A stretch of DNA of 64,000 nt, taken from positions 1 through 64,000 of the forward strand of contig JAUGWO010000131.1 of the NCBI GenBank assembly GCA_049724395.1, in the 5' to 3' direction. A model generated the notes under the pieces. That model had not been told where the DNA came from. It saw only the letters and a program-made list of their open reading frames with translations, and did not search any database. The DNA comes from Spongospora subterranea f. sp. subterranea (Eukaryota). The stretch's first letter is position 1, and the number at the start of each line of letters is the position of its first letter. Both the position numbers and the translations under genes were made by a program. Below are positions 23,305-36,519 of this stretch, in pieces.

Positions 23305-23788
23305 TTATTGTTCAGCAACAGATACACTATCGGGTTGTTTGCCGAAGATTGAAGCGACTTTATCGTATATTTCTAAAGCTTTTGTAGATTCAGTGCAAGA
23401 TATGGTTTTTTCTGCGCCATCGTCTGAATCGAGATCGGAAAATCAAATCAGTAAAAGAGTGTGATTCAGATTGTGGCCTCCATACTGTAAGTGGCCACGA
23501 TTTCAGGATTGACGGTATCTACGGTTTTAGACCTCTTCCAATCAACATGCGAATTGTGATACTGCAAAACTGGAAGATAATCTTTCATGAACCGTCTATA
23601 AAGCGCATCAGCATGAATTAACTTAAATGGCAAACAAAAACAAACCTTGGTCCGGAACATTTGGGATTATGATTAACCCGGACAGCTATCGAGGCGATCG
23701 AGGGACTTAACTCGACCTTCCATACCTGGAGATAATCCTGCATCTGCGCAAACGACATCTTTTTCAAGGGCATTAACCGCCTCGACAT
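23305..23788 (-). CDS. L51/S25/CI-B8 domain protein (probable mitochondrial ribosomal protein)
   Basis: SIAVRVNHNPKCSGPR|RFMKDYLPVLQYHNSHV...NPEIVATY|...DGAEKTI fits the family motif G-x-R-x-F...LP-x-L-x-Y-x-N. Confidence 0.7.
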
Positions 23789-24499
23789 GATCGGGCGAGA
23801 TCGAGGATATTCCTTGACCGTTTCCCAATCAGATAACACTGGCGCCGCACTTTCCTCCTTTATTGTTCCGTATACAGTAAACTGTACGGTACAAGGACTC
23901 TCCATGTGTACTGTAGACCGTGGAAACGACAGAGACCATTGCCTTTTCGAACATGTCATCATTACTACTTCGCCACATTTTCATAAGTTGCTACGTATTG
24001 CATTTTACAATGATGTTGAGCCATTTATGAAACCGGCAAAATACAGGACGCACGGTATTATTCCACGGCGTAAATTACGGAAATCGAAACCGAGTGGTAA
24101 CAACTTTGTCGTCATATGATGTTGACCAGCATCCTCTGGCAATTTATATTCCAACACACGACGGTTATTCTGTTTTATCTGATCCTATTTCCAATTACGT
24201 TTTTCGTCACTTAATCAGTAATTGCAGGCAACATTTCATGGAGATCTGCACCAATACTTCAATTGTTTACAATTTAGATTCTGTGCAGGTCTCTTGCCTG
24301 CAATGAATAAATAGATAACGAATGAATTTTTCGGAAACTGAATGAAAGTTATTTTCAGGATTGACAAACAAATATATCGTTGGAATATAAACTGTAAAGT
24401 GTAGCAGTACGAAAAATGCGACATGTTTCGGGAAAGTGTCGACGGGTTCCCGCCCAGCAAAATTCCTCGCCGATTACGGTAAGGTCTTCGCTGAGAACG

Positions 24500-24960
24500 A
24501 GCTGAGGTCGAAGCGCATCAACCATTTTGTTGGCTATGTCTTCTGCGACTATCATTTCACAAGGAGAATTGTGCACGAAGAAGAAACCTCCAGAGCATCT
24601 TGCGTAACCGCTTGCAGTATGCGGGTGAATGTACTTGAGTAAAGAGTTTTCCCACGCCACCGCTTTCAGGTTGGCGATACTGCATGAGGGAACCGGGCAG
24701 AAATCCGATCCATATCGCGATTCGAAAAGGTCTGAAATTCAATTAAAGCAACACATCCATCACAAACAGTGTGCTCTACAGAGCCTATTATTCTTTGGAT
24801 GCGCCTCCTTGAAATTAATATCTATTCAGTTTTCACCTCCTGAGTCGGAACGCCCCAATTGATAAATGCACAGTAATACCCTGACGTCATGGCGACATTG
24901 GCATTAGGAGAGTGGGCGTCTGTAAGATATCCTTCTATACCTGTCTGCAGGGATGACACG
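24500..24960 (-). mobile_element. Degenerate RNase H of a DIRS/Ngaro-type (tyrosine recombinase) retrotransposon
   Basis: Ordered but frameshifted motifs YLTDAHS, VALIEFQT, IANLKAVAWEN, LRKMLWRFLL and ANKMVDALR resemble DIRS RNase H (TDAS, I..LE, DN..AV.W.N, N..ADALSR). Confidence 0.5.
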
Positions 24961-25979
24961 TTTTCATCCAATAGTTGCTTCTGAAAAGGCGTCATTAAGA
25001 TGATGTGTTCCGTCGTCCGCTTCCATGCTCGTGCTGACAATAAATTTCACTCCTCTGTCATCTCATATATGACTGCGTTAGGCTCGAGGACGTACAGGGT
25101 ATATCCTTGAACGGAAAGTTGTCCAGGAGTCCATGATGAAGGAGCTCGTTTCAGTAGCGGTTTAAAATCCTCATTAGAGTGAGATTGCGGGTCCCGTCAT
25201 GGATTTCAATTCTTTGAACGGTATCTGCGATAGCATCAAAGTAAGCAGTCGAAGGTGGGTCCGAAGCCTTGCGATATATTTTGCGCCGAGGCCAACAACT
25301 TTGAGATCGGGAATTGGACGAAAGCAAATTATGGAAGCGGGTGTTGCTGATTGTAGAGTTTAGAGAACTCTTGAAATACGTTGCTTTCTGGAAGATGTGT
25401 TTACGTGCTTTGAAATTCGTTGGCTTTTGAACTTGAGGGAATCTGCGTTTGGTGCTTTTCGAGCTCTTTGGTTTGGGCGGACAGGATGAGCTTGTTTTAA
25501 TGCGCGCCTAGACCTTTTCTTGAAGAACGGCTGTGTTGCTTCCGTAAGATGAGATGGTCTGAGCGATATCTTTTTTCGTTGATTGTACGATGGATTGATC
25601 TTGATCTCGTTACAGTTCTGCTTTCTGATGCCGTTCGTCTTTTTTCAGTTTGTCTTTGAATTGTTTATCAGCATATACTGAATCAAAATATTTTCTGAGA
25701 GAGGATCCAAGGAGCGGTTTAGCGTGTTCTGATGAATTGGGGAGCAGCCAGACATTAGTTTGTTCCAAAAGTAAAATTGTCTTCAGGACCTTGTTTACAT
25801 TGACTGCTTGATTGGTATAGTTCTTCAGAGTGTTCTTGACAGCTTGGTCGAGATAGGATAACAATAATGAAAGTATCCCTGTTCGAGCTGCACCTCTTAT
25901 CTCGCAGTTCTGCTGTAGAGGTCAACTTTGAAGAGATTGCTGAGTTGGTGTTTGACTGACTAAGGCAGAAAACAGTACT

Positions 25980-26282
25980 ACATATCTTCTGTTATGCGGC
26001 CCCTGCATCGATCGGTGAATCCTGTAGGGATGAGTTTAGGGTTTTAAGGAGCTTATTGGCTTTATTATGAATGGCAATGCTGAGTTCAGCGTTCGTAGAT
26101 CATGAGCCTTTGGCGGCCTCTGCAGTCGAGTTTTGGTTGTCCGCCAAAGGCTCATTTTATGATCTACGAACGCTGAGCTCAGCATTGTCATTCATAATAA
26201 AGCCAATAAGCTCCTAAAAACCCTAAACTCATCCCTACAGGATTCACCGACCGATGCAGGGGCCGCATATCAGAAGATATGT
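25980..26282. repeat. Foldback: ~137-bp inverted arms (25980-26116 / 26141-26282), 24-nt loop
   Basis: acatatcttctgttatgcggcccctgcatcg...gagcctttggcgg vs ccgccaaaggctc...cagaagatatgt, with a few substitutions and one 5-nt indel. The outer gaaaacagtacta also pairs with tagtactgttttc at ~26314. Confidence 0.95.
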
Positions 26283-26565
26283 CAGGGCTCCTGCCATGGC
26301 TAACACATAAACCTAGTACTGTTTTCAACGTACCGGTTTCTTTCGAAATATCATAATCCTAACCCTAAAATTCCGCATAACAGAACTCCTTCCGTCTCAC
26401 CCTCTTCCCTCTTTCTTCCTTCCTTCTCGCTCTTCTCTCTGCTTTTCTTCCGTCCTTCTAACTCTTCTATCCGCGCTTCCTCGACATTCCTCCCCTCACT
26501 ACAGTATATAGCCATAACAGTATATATGTTAGAGCTCCTGCCATAGGTGACATATAAACCTATTA

Positions 26566-27400
26566 CTTCCTCCGTCCCATAAACAACAGGTTTCGAAACG
26601 AATTTATTGGTTGAACGCAGCCAGTCACAGCGAGTCAAATAAATGACAGTGTAGTCTGAGTGACAAGTGTCTTCAGGGCGAGACAACGATTGAGGAAGTT
26701 CGGGTCTTCCCAACAACGACGCTTTTCCCAAATACGGGACTGCATATTTGTTGCTTCCTTGACCCTTTCATGATTTCGACATACATCCTTCTAGAGTTAG
26801 GAACACATTATTCAGGGCAACAGGCGCCAAATCATGAAACGCTTTCTCTGTAGCCAGGATAAGTTCGTCGATATTGCTTTGTGCTAGCTGAGATGCTGTA
26901 GACTTTGTATGGATCGGAAAAATCTCAAGCCGAGCACATTCAGATCGGGACTATTTTGCTGGTTGTTGACACAGCTGGATTAGGCAATCCTGGCCCTTTA
27001 ATGCTTGCGTAATAATCGGGGTCATTGGCGTCTGGGTGTGGCCTCTTCTGCAGGGACATTTAGCGTTCCGATCAGCGCCAGCTCAACGATTGAAATCTTT
27101 TGAGCTACTTGTTCTGATTCAATTGAGAGAAAAGTAGTTATCGCCATAAATGCTTTGCCAGCAGTTAATGGTTCTCACCCAACGGTGATGCCGTTGATTG
27201 TCGCAAAACGCATTATGACGTTATATCGCGGTGGCAGTTAAGTTTGTCAAAGATCTTTGTATCTGTAAAGAATATCGAGGCACGAAAGATGGTTTTGCAC
27301 TGTGTGTCTGTGCGCGAAAGCCTTCTTTCCCAACAACCTGCACCGAGTATTGCCCTACCAAGGATATTTCCGAGTCATTCCAAGAGTTTTTATTACCTGA
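26566..27400 (-). mobile_element. Plant-type DD39D mariner (Stowaway partner) transposase pseudogene with one TIR
   Basis: Frameshifted QQPANSPDLNVLGLRFFRSIQSLQH...NIDELILATEKAF...LNNVFLTLEGCM.EIMK..GSNKYAVPYLGK. A TA|CTTCCTCCGTCCCAT terminus at 26564-26580 matches the Stowaway/DD39D end CTCCCTCCGT. Confidence 0.85.
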
Positions 27401-27559
27401 TTAGGGAAATGAAATAGTTGGCATGAGACCCTTAGAAAGACAGTTTCAACACATTATCGTGCCGATGACCCGCCTTATAGTCGAGTGATGGTGAAGATCA
27501 GATCCGTCTAGAGTCCCTTGCCTTTTACATAAAAACGTTTTCTTGATGGGTTTATAGCA

Positions 27560-28265
27560 CTACTGTCCGCAACCTGTAGTTGTCTGGTTTCCATGATCGC
27601 CAATGTGGTTGTGCTGGCCCATCAGCAACGACAGACACCGTTTGAGGATCGGTCGAGGAGACTTCTCATTGGAGATTAGACAATTGATGATTGAAACGGC
27701 TTCATCACGGTTGGCGGTAGACCCGGCTTTGACGATGTGCGCTATCGCCTTAGGGTTGCATTGTTTGGCCGCCAGCATCAACGCCGATTCTCCATCGTCC
27801 GTTACTGCGTTTGGATCACATCCTTCATCACATAGTATTTTGACAATATCGTCATTGTTGCACATTACTGCATAGTGTAATGGCGTTCTCCCATTCGAAT
27901 CCTCAGCGTATATCGATGCCGGAACCATCTATGAAAATGCCAATGACAACCAGATTTTTTTTTACATAAATCGTTTCTACTTGTTTGTTCGAAAACACAA
28001 CGAGACGAATTAAATTAAGACACATTACCTTAATCAAACTTTGAACTGATCGTGGATGATTTCCTTCGGCTGCTAATATATGGAGAGCGTGAGCTCCATT
28101 GTGAATAGGTGGTGTTTGTCCTAGAACCTAAATCAAATCAGCAGACCATCGTGGGCAACGTTCAATTTGACGATGCACTTGAGGAATAATGGAAACCGAA
28201 CGGCAATTCGGGCACCCTTCCCCGTTATATTGGTTTATCCACATGGTTAATGCCGATGCGCTCAT
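27560..28265 (-). CDS. Small ankyrin-repeat protein (3 exons; start approximate)
   Basis: NGAHALHILAAEG, NGRTPLHYAVMCNNDDIVKILCDEGCDPN and DGESALMLAAKQ. Confidence 0.85.
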
Positions 28266-28935
28266 TGACGTTCGGCAACACCAGCTCACGAATAAATCAT
28301 TGGCTTGAATCAACGACGACGACGACTGCAAAGTGATAGGACACTCATCATTATCTATGATCGTCTCACATTTTGTGGTAAAACCGGATTTCTACGCGAT
28401 CATTGATAAGGATATCATAATCATGTTGGGGTTCGGTGTCGCTAACCTGATCACAACTCGTCGTATCCGGATCGCTGGGTCGACTATCACGGCAGCAATT
28501 CTGCCCCATCCTCGCGATGCGATGCGGATTTTAAGTAGCGAGCCAGGTTTCTATCCTCCGATCATAAACGGATATTGGCAGTTGCCCAACGGCCAACTTC
28601 TCCGATTGCGGCTCCGCCGAATTGTTCAGGACAGCTGATATTACATATGCGGGCTAATGGGCCACACAATCTATTGTCAACCGCCTTAAATGTCACCAAA
28701 CTGCTCCGCCCTTCAAATATGATCTTGATTTCACAGAATCTGTCTTCCTTACTTTTATATATTCAGTTCGATGATGCCATTTGAGCCCTCGTTGAAAAAT
28801 GTGGTTATTTTGAGGGGGAATAGCTGGTAGTGAGATATTCTTCGTACCACAGACCGATTGGACCAAGGGATAATAAAAAATGGGGCACAACAGCCAAAGG
28901 CGAATGGCATAGGAAATAATTTATATATTATTAAG

Positions 28936-30243
28936 TTATTTAACAGATTTAAAGTCTTGAAGTAGATCGAGAGCTGTGTAGAGAAAGTGTTGAAAAAAAT
29001 TGGCGACAATGGGAAGTCTCCAGTCAGATAGATATTGTAAGGACATGCCGTTGAATCCAGTACGATGTGCAGCGTCGTAAACAAGACTTTCGAATGGTGA
29101 CGGCTGCGAGGCTTTTTCGTTGAAATCGCGTTGCATGAGCTCCGCTATTTGCCTGAGGTTTAATCCGGCCAACACGCAGCGTTGCACGAACAACGAGCAT
29201 AATACGTAAGTAATCACATTATCATGGCCGACTCCAATTGATAGTAACCTAGGAACATCCAAAAGAGGATCCAAGGATAGTATATATTGCTTTGACCTTT
29301 CAGAAAACGGCAAGCTCGCCTGACGCCAAGAACTCCAGCAAAAATACAAATCGTTAAGATTACGCCACGTAGGTAAACAATATCCATGATCGATTGGAAC
29401 AAGTTGAAGCTTGCCATTCTCACGAACCACTAGCAGATTGCCTTCGTGGCGATCACAGTTACCGATTCGAAGATCCAGGAGACCAATCTGGTGGACATGC
29501 TCGACATCGAATAATGAAGAGCCATATTCTTCACATGAGCCTTCGGATTCAATGTACTTCTGAAGACTGCCAAAATCGGTAAAAGTCGATGCTTCCAATT
29601 GTACATTAGCAGTGATCGCTGTCGTTTCAGGAACACCAGCAAATCCCATATGATCAACAACGTACGCAGCAACTTCCTTGATGCAAGATGTCCCTTTCGT
29701 TGCACCGGATTTCAGTACTTCACCCGATTTTTCAGCTTCTTGACTCCTTGGCTTGTATACCCATTCAGGCCTATCATCTTCTTTCGCGGTGATGGCGTTC
29801 AAAAAGTATGAACCGCTTAAACCAGCTTCTGAACCAACAATTGGCCTTCCCTTGAAAGTTGGATTGGGAGATGTTGATACTGATTTAGGACTTTCTGGTT
29901 GAAGAGTAACACATAAGAAGTGACAAGTTTGATCGACGGTGGACACGATAAGAACAATCACGCTCATCTTGGATTGTGGATCATGAAAGGCGTCTGGTAA
30001 AGTATTAGGTACATGTACCTGTTTCAGAGGATAATCGAATGGGACACAAGCTAAAGGCTCCGTCTTGAAAAAGTATAAGCCCGAACGTGCGAGCACTAAG
30101 GCGGGCCTGATCAGGAGTCGGAGATGTGGACAAAAAAATCGTTGATCAAGCGCTGACAGACGCCAATCAATGAGCCCGAATACGTAGTGATAGAGGGGAT
30201 GACGAGACGACAGAACAGCACAATGGATATGAGCACTGATCAC
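28936..30243 (-). CDS. Type II phosphatidylinositol 4-kinase, paralog 2 (true start probably downstream, near 29967 or later)
   Basis: Same motif set as paralog 1: GLSGSY, VYKPRSQE, KEVAAYVVDH, LDLRIGNCDRHEGNLL and PIDHGYCLP. Confidence 0.92.
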   Translation of the reverse strand: MISAHIHCAVLSSRHPLYHYVFGLIDWRLSALDQRFFCPHLRLLIRPALVLARSGLYFFKTEPLACVPFDYPLKQVHVPNTLPDAFHDPQSKMSVIVLIVSTVDQTCHFLCVTLQPESPKSVSTSPNPTFKGRPIVGSEAGLSGSYFLNAITAKEDDRPEWVYKPRSQEAEKSGEVLKSGATKGTSCIKEVAAYVVDHMGFAGVPETTAITANVQLEASTFTDFGSLQKYIESEGSCEEYGSSLFDVEHVHQIGLLDLRIGNCDRHEGNLLVVRENGKLQLVPIDHGYCLPTWRNLNDLYFCWSSWRQASLPFSERSKQYILSLDPLLDVPRLLSIGVGHDNVITYVLCSLFVQRCVLAGLNLRQIAELMQRDFNEKASQPSPFESLVYDAAHRTGFNGMSLQYLSDWRLPIVANFFQHFLYTALDLLQDFKSVK

Positions 30244-31373
30244 AGTGGATATACCAATGGGCTACAATAGGTACTCTTCGATCCAGGTCTCACTCAAGGA
30301 ATATTCCGCCAAAGGACAGGAAGGCGCATGTCACGGAGAATCTGTTTTCGGAACAGTTGGGTAACCCTACACAGTGTGGACGAGGGGGTCTTCCAGTGGT
30401 ACACCTGAGATTACATTACCTTAAGTACACTTACAGTACTGTATCTATAGCATAGGTGTAGTGATATTCGCCAGAGCAGTGCAATTCGATACACAATCGG
30501 TGCCGGATTCCGCGAGGTACACTGTAGGTGTAAACTAGTTCCTTGAGTGCAATGACCATTTGACGTATGCGTGATTTCTAAAACAAATTTTGGCAATTCC
30601 TGGACCAGGTTGTGTGTCTATAGCAATTCTTTGTTAGATTCGTTTTAAGTGGGCATTATCGGTAAGAAACCCAGGCGACACCAAATATCAAGTAGAAAAT
30701 ATATCGCCAAGTGAATCGGATATTGCTGCCCTACTAGATATTTAAACCAATATCGCTTTCATATATTTTTTTATCAAAGTCTGAACCCTTCGGAGGTTGC
30801 CGAATGTAGAGACCTTCAAAACTAATCATTATAAATGAGAAGAGGGTAGCAGTTCCGTTTGCTTGAGGTAGTGGTCGGCCATCAACGCGGGTCTTCTGAA
30901 CTATGCGAGACTAAAGAGTTGATCAATTTGAGAAGAGAGTTTATTCAGCGGATGATTGTCAGGTTGCCCCCCCCCCATTGTTGATCCAGCAATTGGTCAC
31001 TGTAAGACAGTGGCTGGAAAGTCCGGGCGGACAGTCCTCCCAGTCGCCAAGCTCCGCCGAGCGACATCATCACTGTCATGCCCGCAGCTCGACGACTCAA
31101 CGGTAATTTCAACATATAATCCAAGAAAAATAGCGAGAAAATCAAGCACTGTTATCCATCTGAAACCAATTGATACCCTCTAGTCTCGAGCTGCCATCAA
31201 ACCATAAATATGTCTCCGTAACCGCTCTTAAACCTTCTGTACTAAGCGTGCGCAAATGAAAACTGCCACATTCTGTTTTTGGCGAGAATTTCTTAAATAT
31301 ATTTACACTGCTTCAGCTGCATTTATGTCCAGCTGAAGAGCGCCAAACGAAATGAAAAATACATCCAGCAGAA

Positions 31374-32719
31374 TCAAGCAGAACCTGTCGGAGTGGGAGG
31401 GCCGGAACATGTAGAGACGATTCGCTGCCGCCGAAGGCCATAAACAATTAGGCCGACGCCAAGAAACGAGATGCTGACGCAACAAATAAACAACACCATC
31501 GACACCTTGGACAGCGACGCTCCGTCTTTGAACACAATCATACCACCCAGAATATTAAACGCTTCTAAGGATACAGCAAAAGCGGGCACAACAATCAACT
31601 GGTCGTGCGACCGCAACGCAACATTCAATAGGTGGATTTGGAGTGCACCAAACAATAATGTTAAAATTACCGCCAAATATAGTGGCCATGACTTAAACTG
31701 ATTGAAACCATGTTCCGAGAAGCTTGTCCTCACCAGAACTGCACATGTCTCTAATGAATAGATCAGAAACCTATATACAACGCATGAATTTCGATATTAC
31801 TGGCAAAGAGAACAGTAAAAGAGCCTAGCACTCCGGTATATGTAGGAATCGATATCGCCAAAAACAGCTCCAAATTGAAAAATCTAGCCGCCGCTTTCTT
31901 CTTTGTAAGAGCGTTTGACCCGTCGTCATAACACAAAATCGTGGAGGATCGATTGGTGACTAAGAGTGGATCGGCAACAGAATATATTCCGAGCTGTTTT
32001 TTTTCATCAAGCGCCTAGAAAAAACATAATGGATGACAACATTAATATTAACACCAAGTACCCTTATACCAACTGATATTTTCTTTGCACCATTCTGATA
32101 CCAACTGCTGAAATGGATAGGCAAGACGCAACGGTTATCATGTAAATAATCGATGAGCAGTCGATTTGCAACAACATTTCCATTGTGGCAGGCGGCGACG
32201 GCGACCCAAAGGCCACAGCGGTTAGTGAGCCGAGGAGCACAATCGAAATTCCTGCGATAATCGGCTTGTTTAAACCTTCTTCGAGAAAAAAGTAAGAATT
32301 GCTATAGTGAATAGACACTGGATTAGAGAAAATAAGAGATAAATGTTCGGTAGCATGTACCATGCGTTCCAAACAAGAGTTAGTGACCCTACTGCTGCAA
32401 CGTCTGATTGTGGTGCCAAAGACAAACCCAACTGCAACAAACATTCAGTCAGAAACCGAGGTCGCCATAGAGAAATTTTCAATACGCCATTGCAAACGTT
32501 TCCGAGCAGATACATTGAGACACCAACAAGCCATAATCTCTTCGTACAATAATGGCCTGGTAAACGTCGGCGATGTGACAGCTTTTGAACTGTGACACCC
32601 AGGTTATCAACAATTCCTCCCTGAAACATATATGAAAATAACATCGCACATATCCGTCTGATCTAAAAATGTACCAATATACATAAAAGCACTCCGACAA
32701 TTGCCTCCCTGTCTAGCAT
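31374..32719 (-). CDS. NIPA-family magnesium transporter (multi-exon)
   Basis: GVLLCILG|GIVDNLGVTVQKLSH...LWLVGVSMYLLGNVCN, APQSDVAAVGSLTLVWN and QIHLLNVALRSHDQLIVVPAF...GGMIVFKD, with many TM helices. Confidence 0.85.
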
Positions 32720-33108
32720 TAGATCTATGATGCGACCATGAACCCTTTTTTGGTGATTTCCAGATCAGATAACGCCGTATTTTGCGTTTTGTGTGTATTC
32801 CTTTGATCAGCTGCCCTATGACCGGAATATAAACACTAGAGAGACTTCACGTGCAGCAAGTGCGGCCTTCGGCTCTGATGAATTCACGTGAAATGAAAGG
32901 GCAAAAATATATCTCGTGAGGTTGGGTTACGGGCGGATAGCCAGTACGGTAAGCGGACCTGACGACACCAACAGTGTATAATAATTCAAAAATGGGTGGT
33001 CATTGACCGACCATTAGCGCATTAATGCCAAACTCCGACACGCTTATCCACAATTTGAATGAGATAGCAAAATGTATTATTTTATGGGAGGATCAAGACA
33101 GTGCATTT

Positions 33109-33731
33109 TTAGGACAGTTTCGGCATGGAATATCCGACTATGTTCTTCCGCCCAATGATTTCACCGACGCAGAAGAAGCCGAAAAACTTGCCAGCGATCC
33201 CAGCTCCCTCAACAAACTGAAACATTCATCAATCGGTGTAATGCATAATGTTGGTTAATGTACCTGTCGAACTGTCAACTCTTTGGGATTCATCAACTGC
33301 TGCTTGATGATTTCCAACTCTTTGGGGACCGCCCGGACAGCATCGCCGAAACCTGTAAACTGTCGAATGAATACTTCAGCTTGCATATCCTTCAACTGCT
33401 GAATTTGCTGCCGATTAATAGAAAAAATCAGAAATTTAATCAAACCCCATTTTCCAGTACTAACCTGATTCATTTTAGAAATATCGACAGGGAGGAGCGC
33501 CGGCCTGGATGCGAGAAGCCGCTTTTTTCAAAGCGGGTAGGGATTCCATAACCCAAGTTACTAATGAAATCTGAGCCTAAACATATTCAACCACTTTCAG
33601 CAACATTAACCGTTTCACGAATAATATGTATAAAATCTGATTACACCTGCTACCTTGCAAAACAAACAAAAATAAACGGACGCTACAAGCAACGGCACAA
33701 GACAGCAGAAACTCTTCACATTACTAACCAT
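33109..33731 (-). CDS. ATP5MG: Mitochondrial ATP synthase subunit g (start approximate)
   Basis: KELTVRQ|...FFGFFCVGEIIGRKNIVGY is the subunit g C-terminal GxxxG signature. Confidence 0.75.
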
Positions 33732-34147
33732 TTGACGGACCACAAAAAGCGGAGAACGACAGTGGTGCAATGCAACGATGCAATTAGGATGCGATCGAAT
33801 TTATGTCGCGTTCAGGCGGCTATAAGTACTCAATAACTTGCGCGCAGCCTTTCATTCGGCGGCGGTTTTGCGTGCAGTACATATGTCCGATGCTGCACAA
33901 AACCCCAGGGTTTCAGGGGGATCTTTTGGGATTTAGATCAGGCGGCGAATTGCTGTAAATAAGGCATTGAGAAAAAAATTTTTACTTTCGTCGATATTAT
34001 CAAATATTTGGTTTTCGTGGGAGATTTGGTTCTCCGCTCCTTCCTGGGAGTCCATTCTAACTCTGCAAGAAAACATTCGTATAGGCAAATAATCGATGGG
34101 ATCTGCTGTATTCGAAATCATATGGTATCCGAAATATTGTGGTGACT

Positions 34148-34862
34148 TCAAGGGCCAGAGCAAGTCTGGCTTTGTTGTGACAGAATGATGGCGATGATAA
34201 GACCGTATAGACCAAGAGCTTCAGCGAAAATTAAGATCAAAACCATTGAAACATATAGCCGAGGTTGCTGAAAAATGAAGCGTGTTAACAAATGTGGTCA
34301 CGACTGTATACAAGAAGCAATTACTTGACCGTTAGCTCGCACACCAGCGTCACCGACGACTCCGATCGCTAGACCAGCAGCTAAAGACGATAGCCCACAT
34401 ACCAGACCCGAGGCGAGATGAGCAAATCCAGTGAATAGGGAATATCCCGAGCTTGGAACTGAAAGCAACGGTTTGTTGGTGCATCTAAAGATTGTAAATT
34501 TCACACGTACTTTTACTGATCAAAATAACACCAACGATAAGACCGTATATGCCTGAGGAATTCGATTACTTTTTGACCAAAAATGTCAATGTTGATTACC
34601 TAAAACTCCTGCCATGACAATGGGAATAATATTCCGAGTAACTAGGTGTGGATTCATGACACCCATCGACGACAAACCCACCCCACTTTTTGCAGTTCCA
34701 TAAGCTGACCCTAAATCTAAGATGATAAACACATGTCAGGATTCGCCCAATGTCAAAACTAATAGTACGCATACTTGAAAAGACAAGTGCGGCCGTGACA
34801 CCCATAAACCCAAAGAAGGGTGCCGCTTCATTGCATACTGGACCAAGCATAACGTTCATCAT
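34148..34862 (-). CDS. ATP6V0C: V-type ATPase 16 kDa proteolipid subunit c
   Basis: [30 protein letters not shown]...[17 protein letters not shown]...[44 protein letters not shown]. Confidence 0.97.
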
Positions 34863-35489
34863 ACTGGAACCTGGTCGCTCGCAGCGCCACTATCGCGATT
34901 TTGAGAAGAGTATGGAATTAGCAGGTGTGAACACGCAGATACATAAGGGTGCCATTATAGAGGCTCCGTTCAGCGTTACACTCACAGTCGATCTGACTGA
35001 GCCAGATTTAAGATGCACTTTTAGCCGTCGACGGCGTATGGGCAGCCAAAAGTAGCCTGAAATGGGCAAACTACTGGAAGTACAAGTGCCCCGAGTGCCG
35101 CAAGACGACACGGGCGATTATGTGCCTCCAACAAACCATCCAATACTTGTTCGTACCGGAAGCAAATAATTAATGATTTAGAACACTAATGTTCTCTTTT
35201 ATTTTGCCTGCTTATGGTAAATGCCGAAGACATGTCAACAAGCTGCGACGAGATCATCTCAGATCCATAATCCGTATACTCCATATCAACGTTTTCAAAC
35301 TGCAGACAAATGATCGCCGCTGGACCGGCACGGAGTGCCAGTTGTCCACGGGGGTGTCGTTTATACTGATGATCGTGCCAGGGTGAGAGGCTCCGCCAGG
35401 TCACTTATACCGTTATACGCAACGGACGTACTGTACCAAAGCCAATACAGTACTGTTAAGTGGAAATACCTCGATCATTTTGTCGCGAA

Positions 35490-36499
35490 ATGTTGGTCAA
35501 TGGGCGAGTTTTTGTGGTGACGGGTGCCGCATCTGGTTTAGGCTATGCCACGTGCAAAGCCATCATTGGCCAGCGCGGAAAAGTGATTGTATGCTGACAC
35601 TATTCGATTATCGCCTTCGTCAAACCCACCATCAGTGAAGGGAATAGATATGGATGCTGTGTTAGGAGCGAAACTCATTGCTGAATTCGGGGAAAAGTTC
35701 CATGTTCTTCGCAGTGGCCAACATTCTCGACACCCGTGCGTCATTTTGTTTCTCCACTTACACTGTTCGAACAATCACCCGGTTTACAGAGGAGATTACA
35801 ACCGCATTGGAAAACGGATCTTATAAATTTGGGGATATTCATGGATTAATCAACTGTGCTGGAATTATTTTGCCAAGGAAGGTAAACGCTATAAAGCACT
35901 CAAAACCCGCTATATTATGGGCGATGCTTTTGAATTAATCATTAATGGGCTTCTTAAGGTGATATCCTCCCGTGGAGTGACACCATTGGAGGATTTTCAA
36001 CACGTAATGAATGTTAATGTGGTTGGATCCTTCAACGTGGTGCGATTGGTTAGCGACCGGATCTCCCGACAATCGTCCACATCTTCAAGCAAAGAATCAG
36101 GCGTCATTATCAATGTTGCATCGATTGCTGCATTTGATGGGCAGATCGGACAAAGCAGCTATTCGGCGTCAAAAGCCGCTATTGTTGGCATGACGCTGCC
36201 GTTGGCCCGGGAACTGTCCTCGTTTGGGATTCGGGTCATGACTATAGCGCCAGGTCTATTCGCCACTCCAATGACGGCAACAGATCTTTCCAAAACTACA
36301 ATGGCCTCCGTATCATCGCAGGTCCTTTTCCAAGAAGTAATCCGCCGTGTTTTATTGAATGGTTGTTCAGGTTGCTTTCCCCAAACGCCCAGGACATCCC
36401 GATGAGTTTGGGAAACTGTGTTTGAGCATTATTGAAAATTCCTATTTAAACGGGGAAACCATTCGGCTAGATGGAGCACTAAGAATGTCAGCTTTATGA
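35490..36499 (+). CDS. HSD17B10: 3-hydroxyacyl-CoA dehydrogenase type 2-like short-chain dehydrogenase
   Basis: [57 protein letters not shown] and [15 protein letters not shown]. Confidence 0.93.
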
Positions 36500-36519
36500 G
36501 TAATGTATACAATTCTTTG

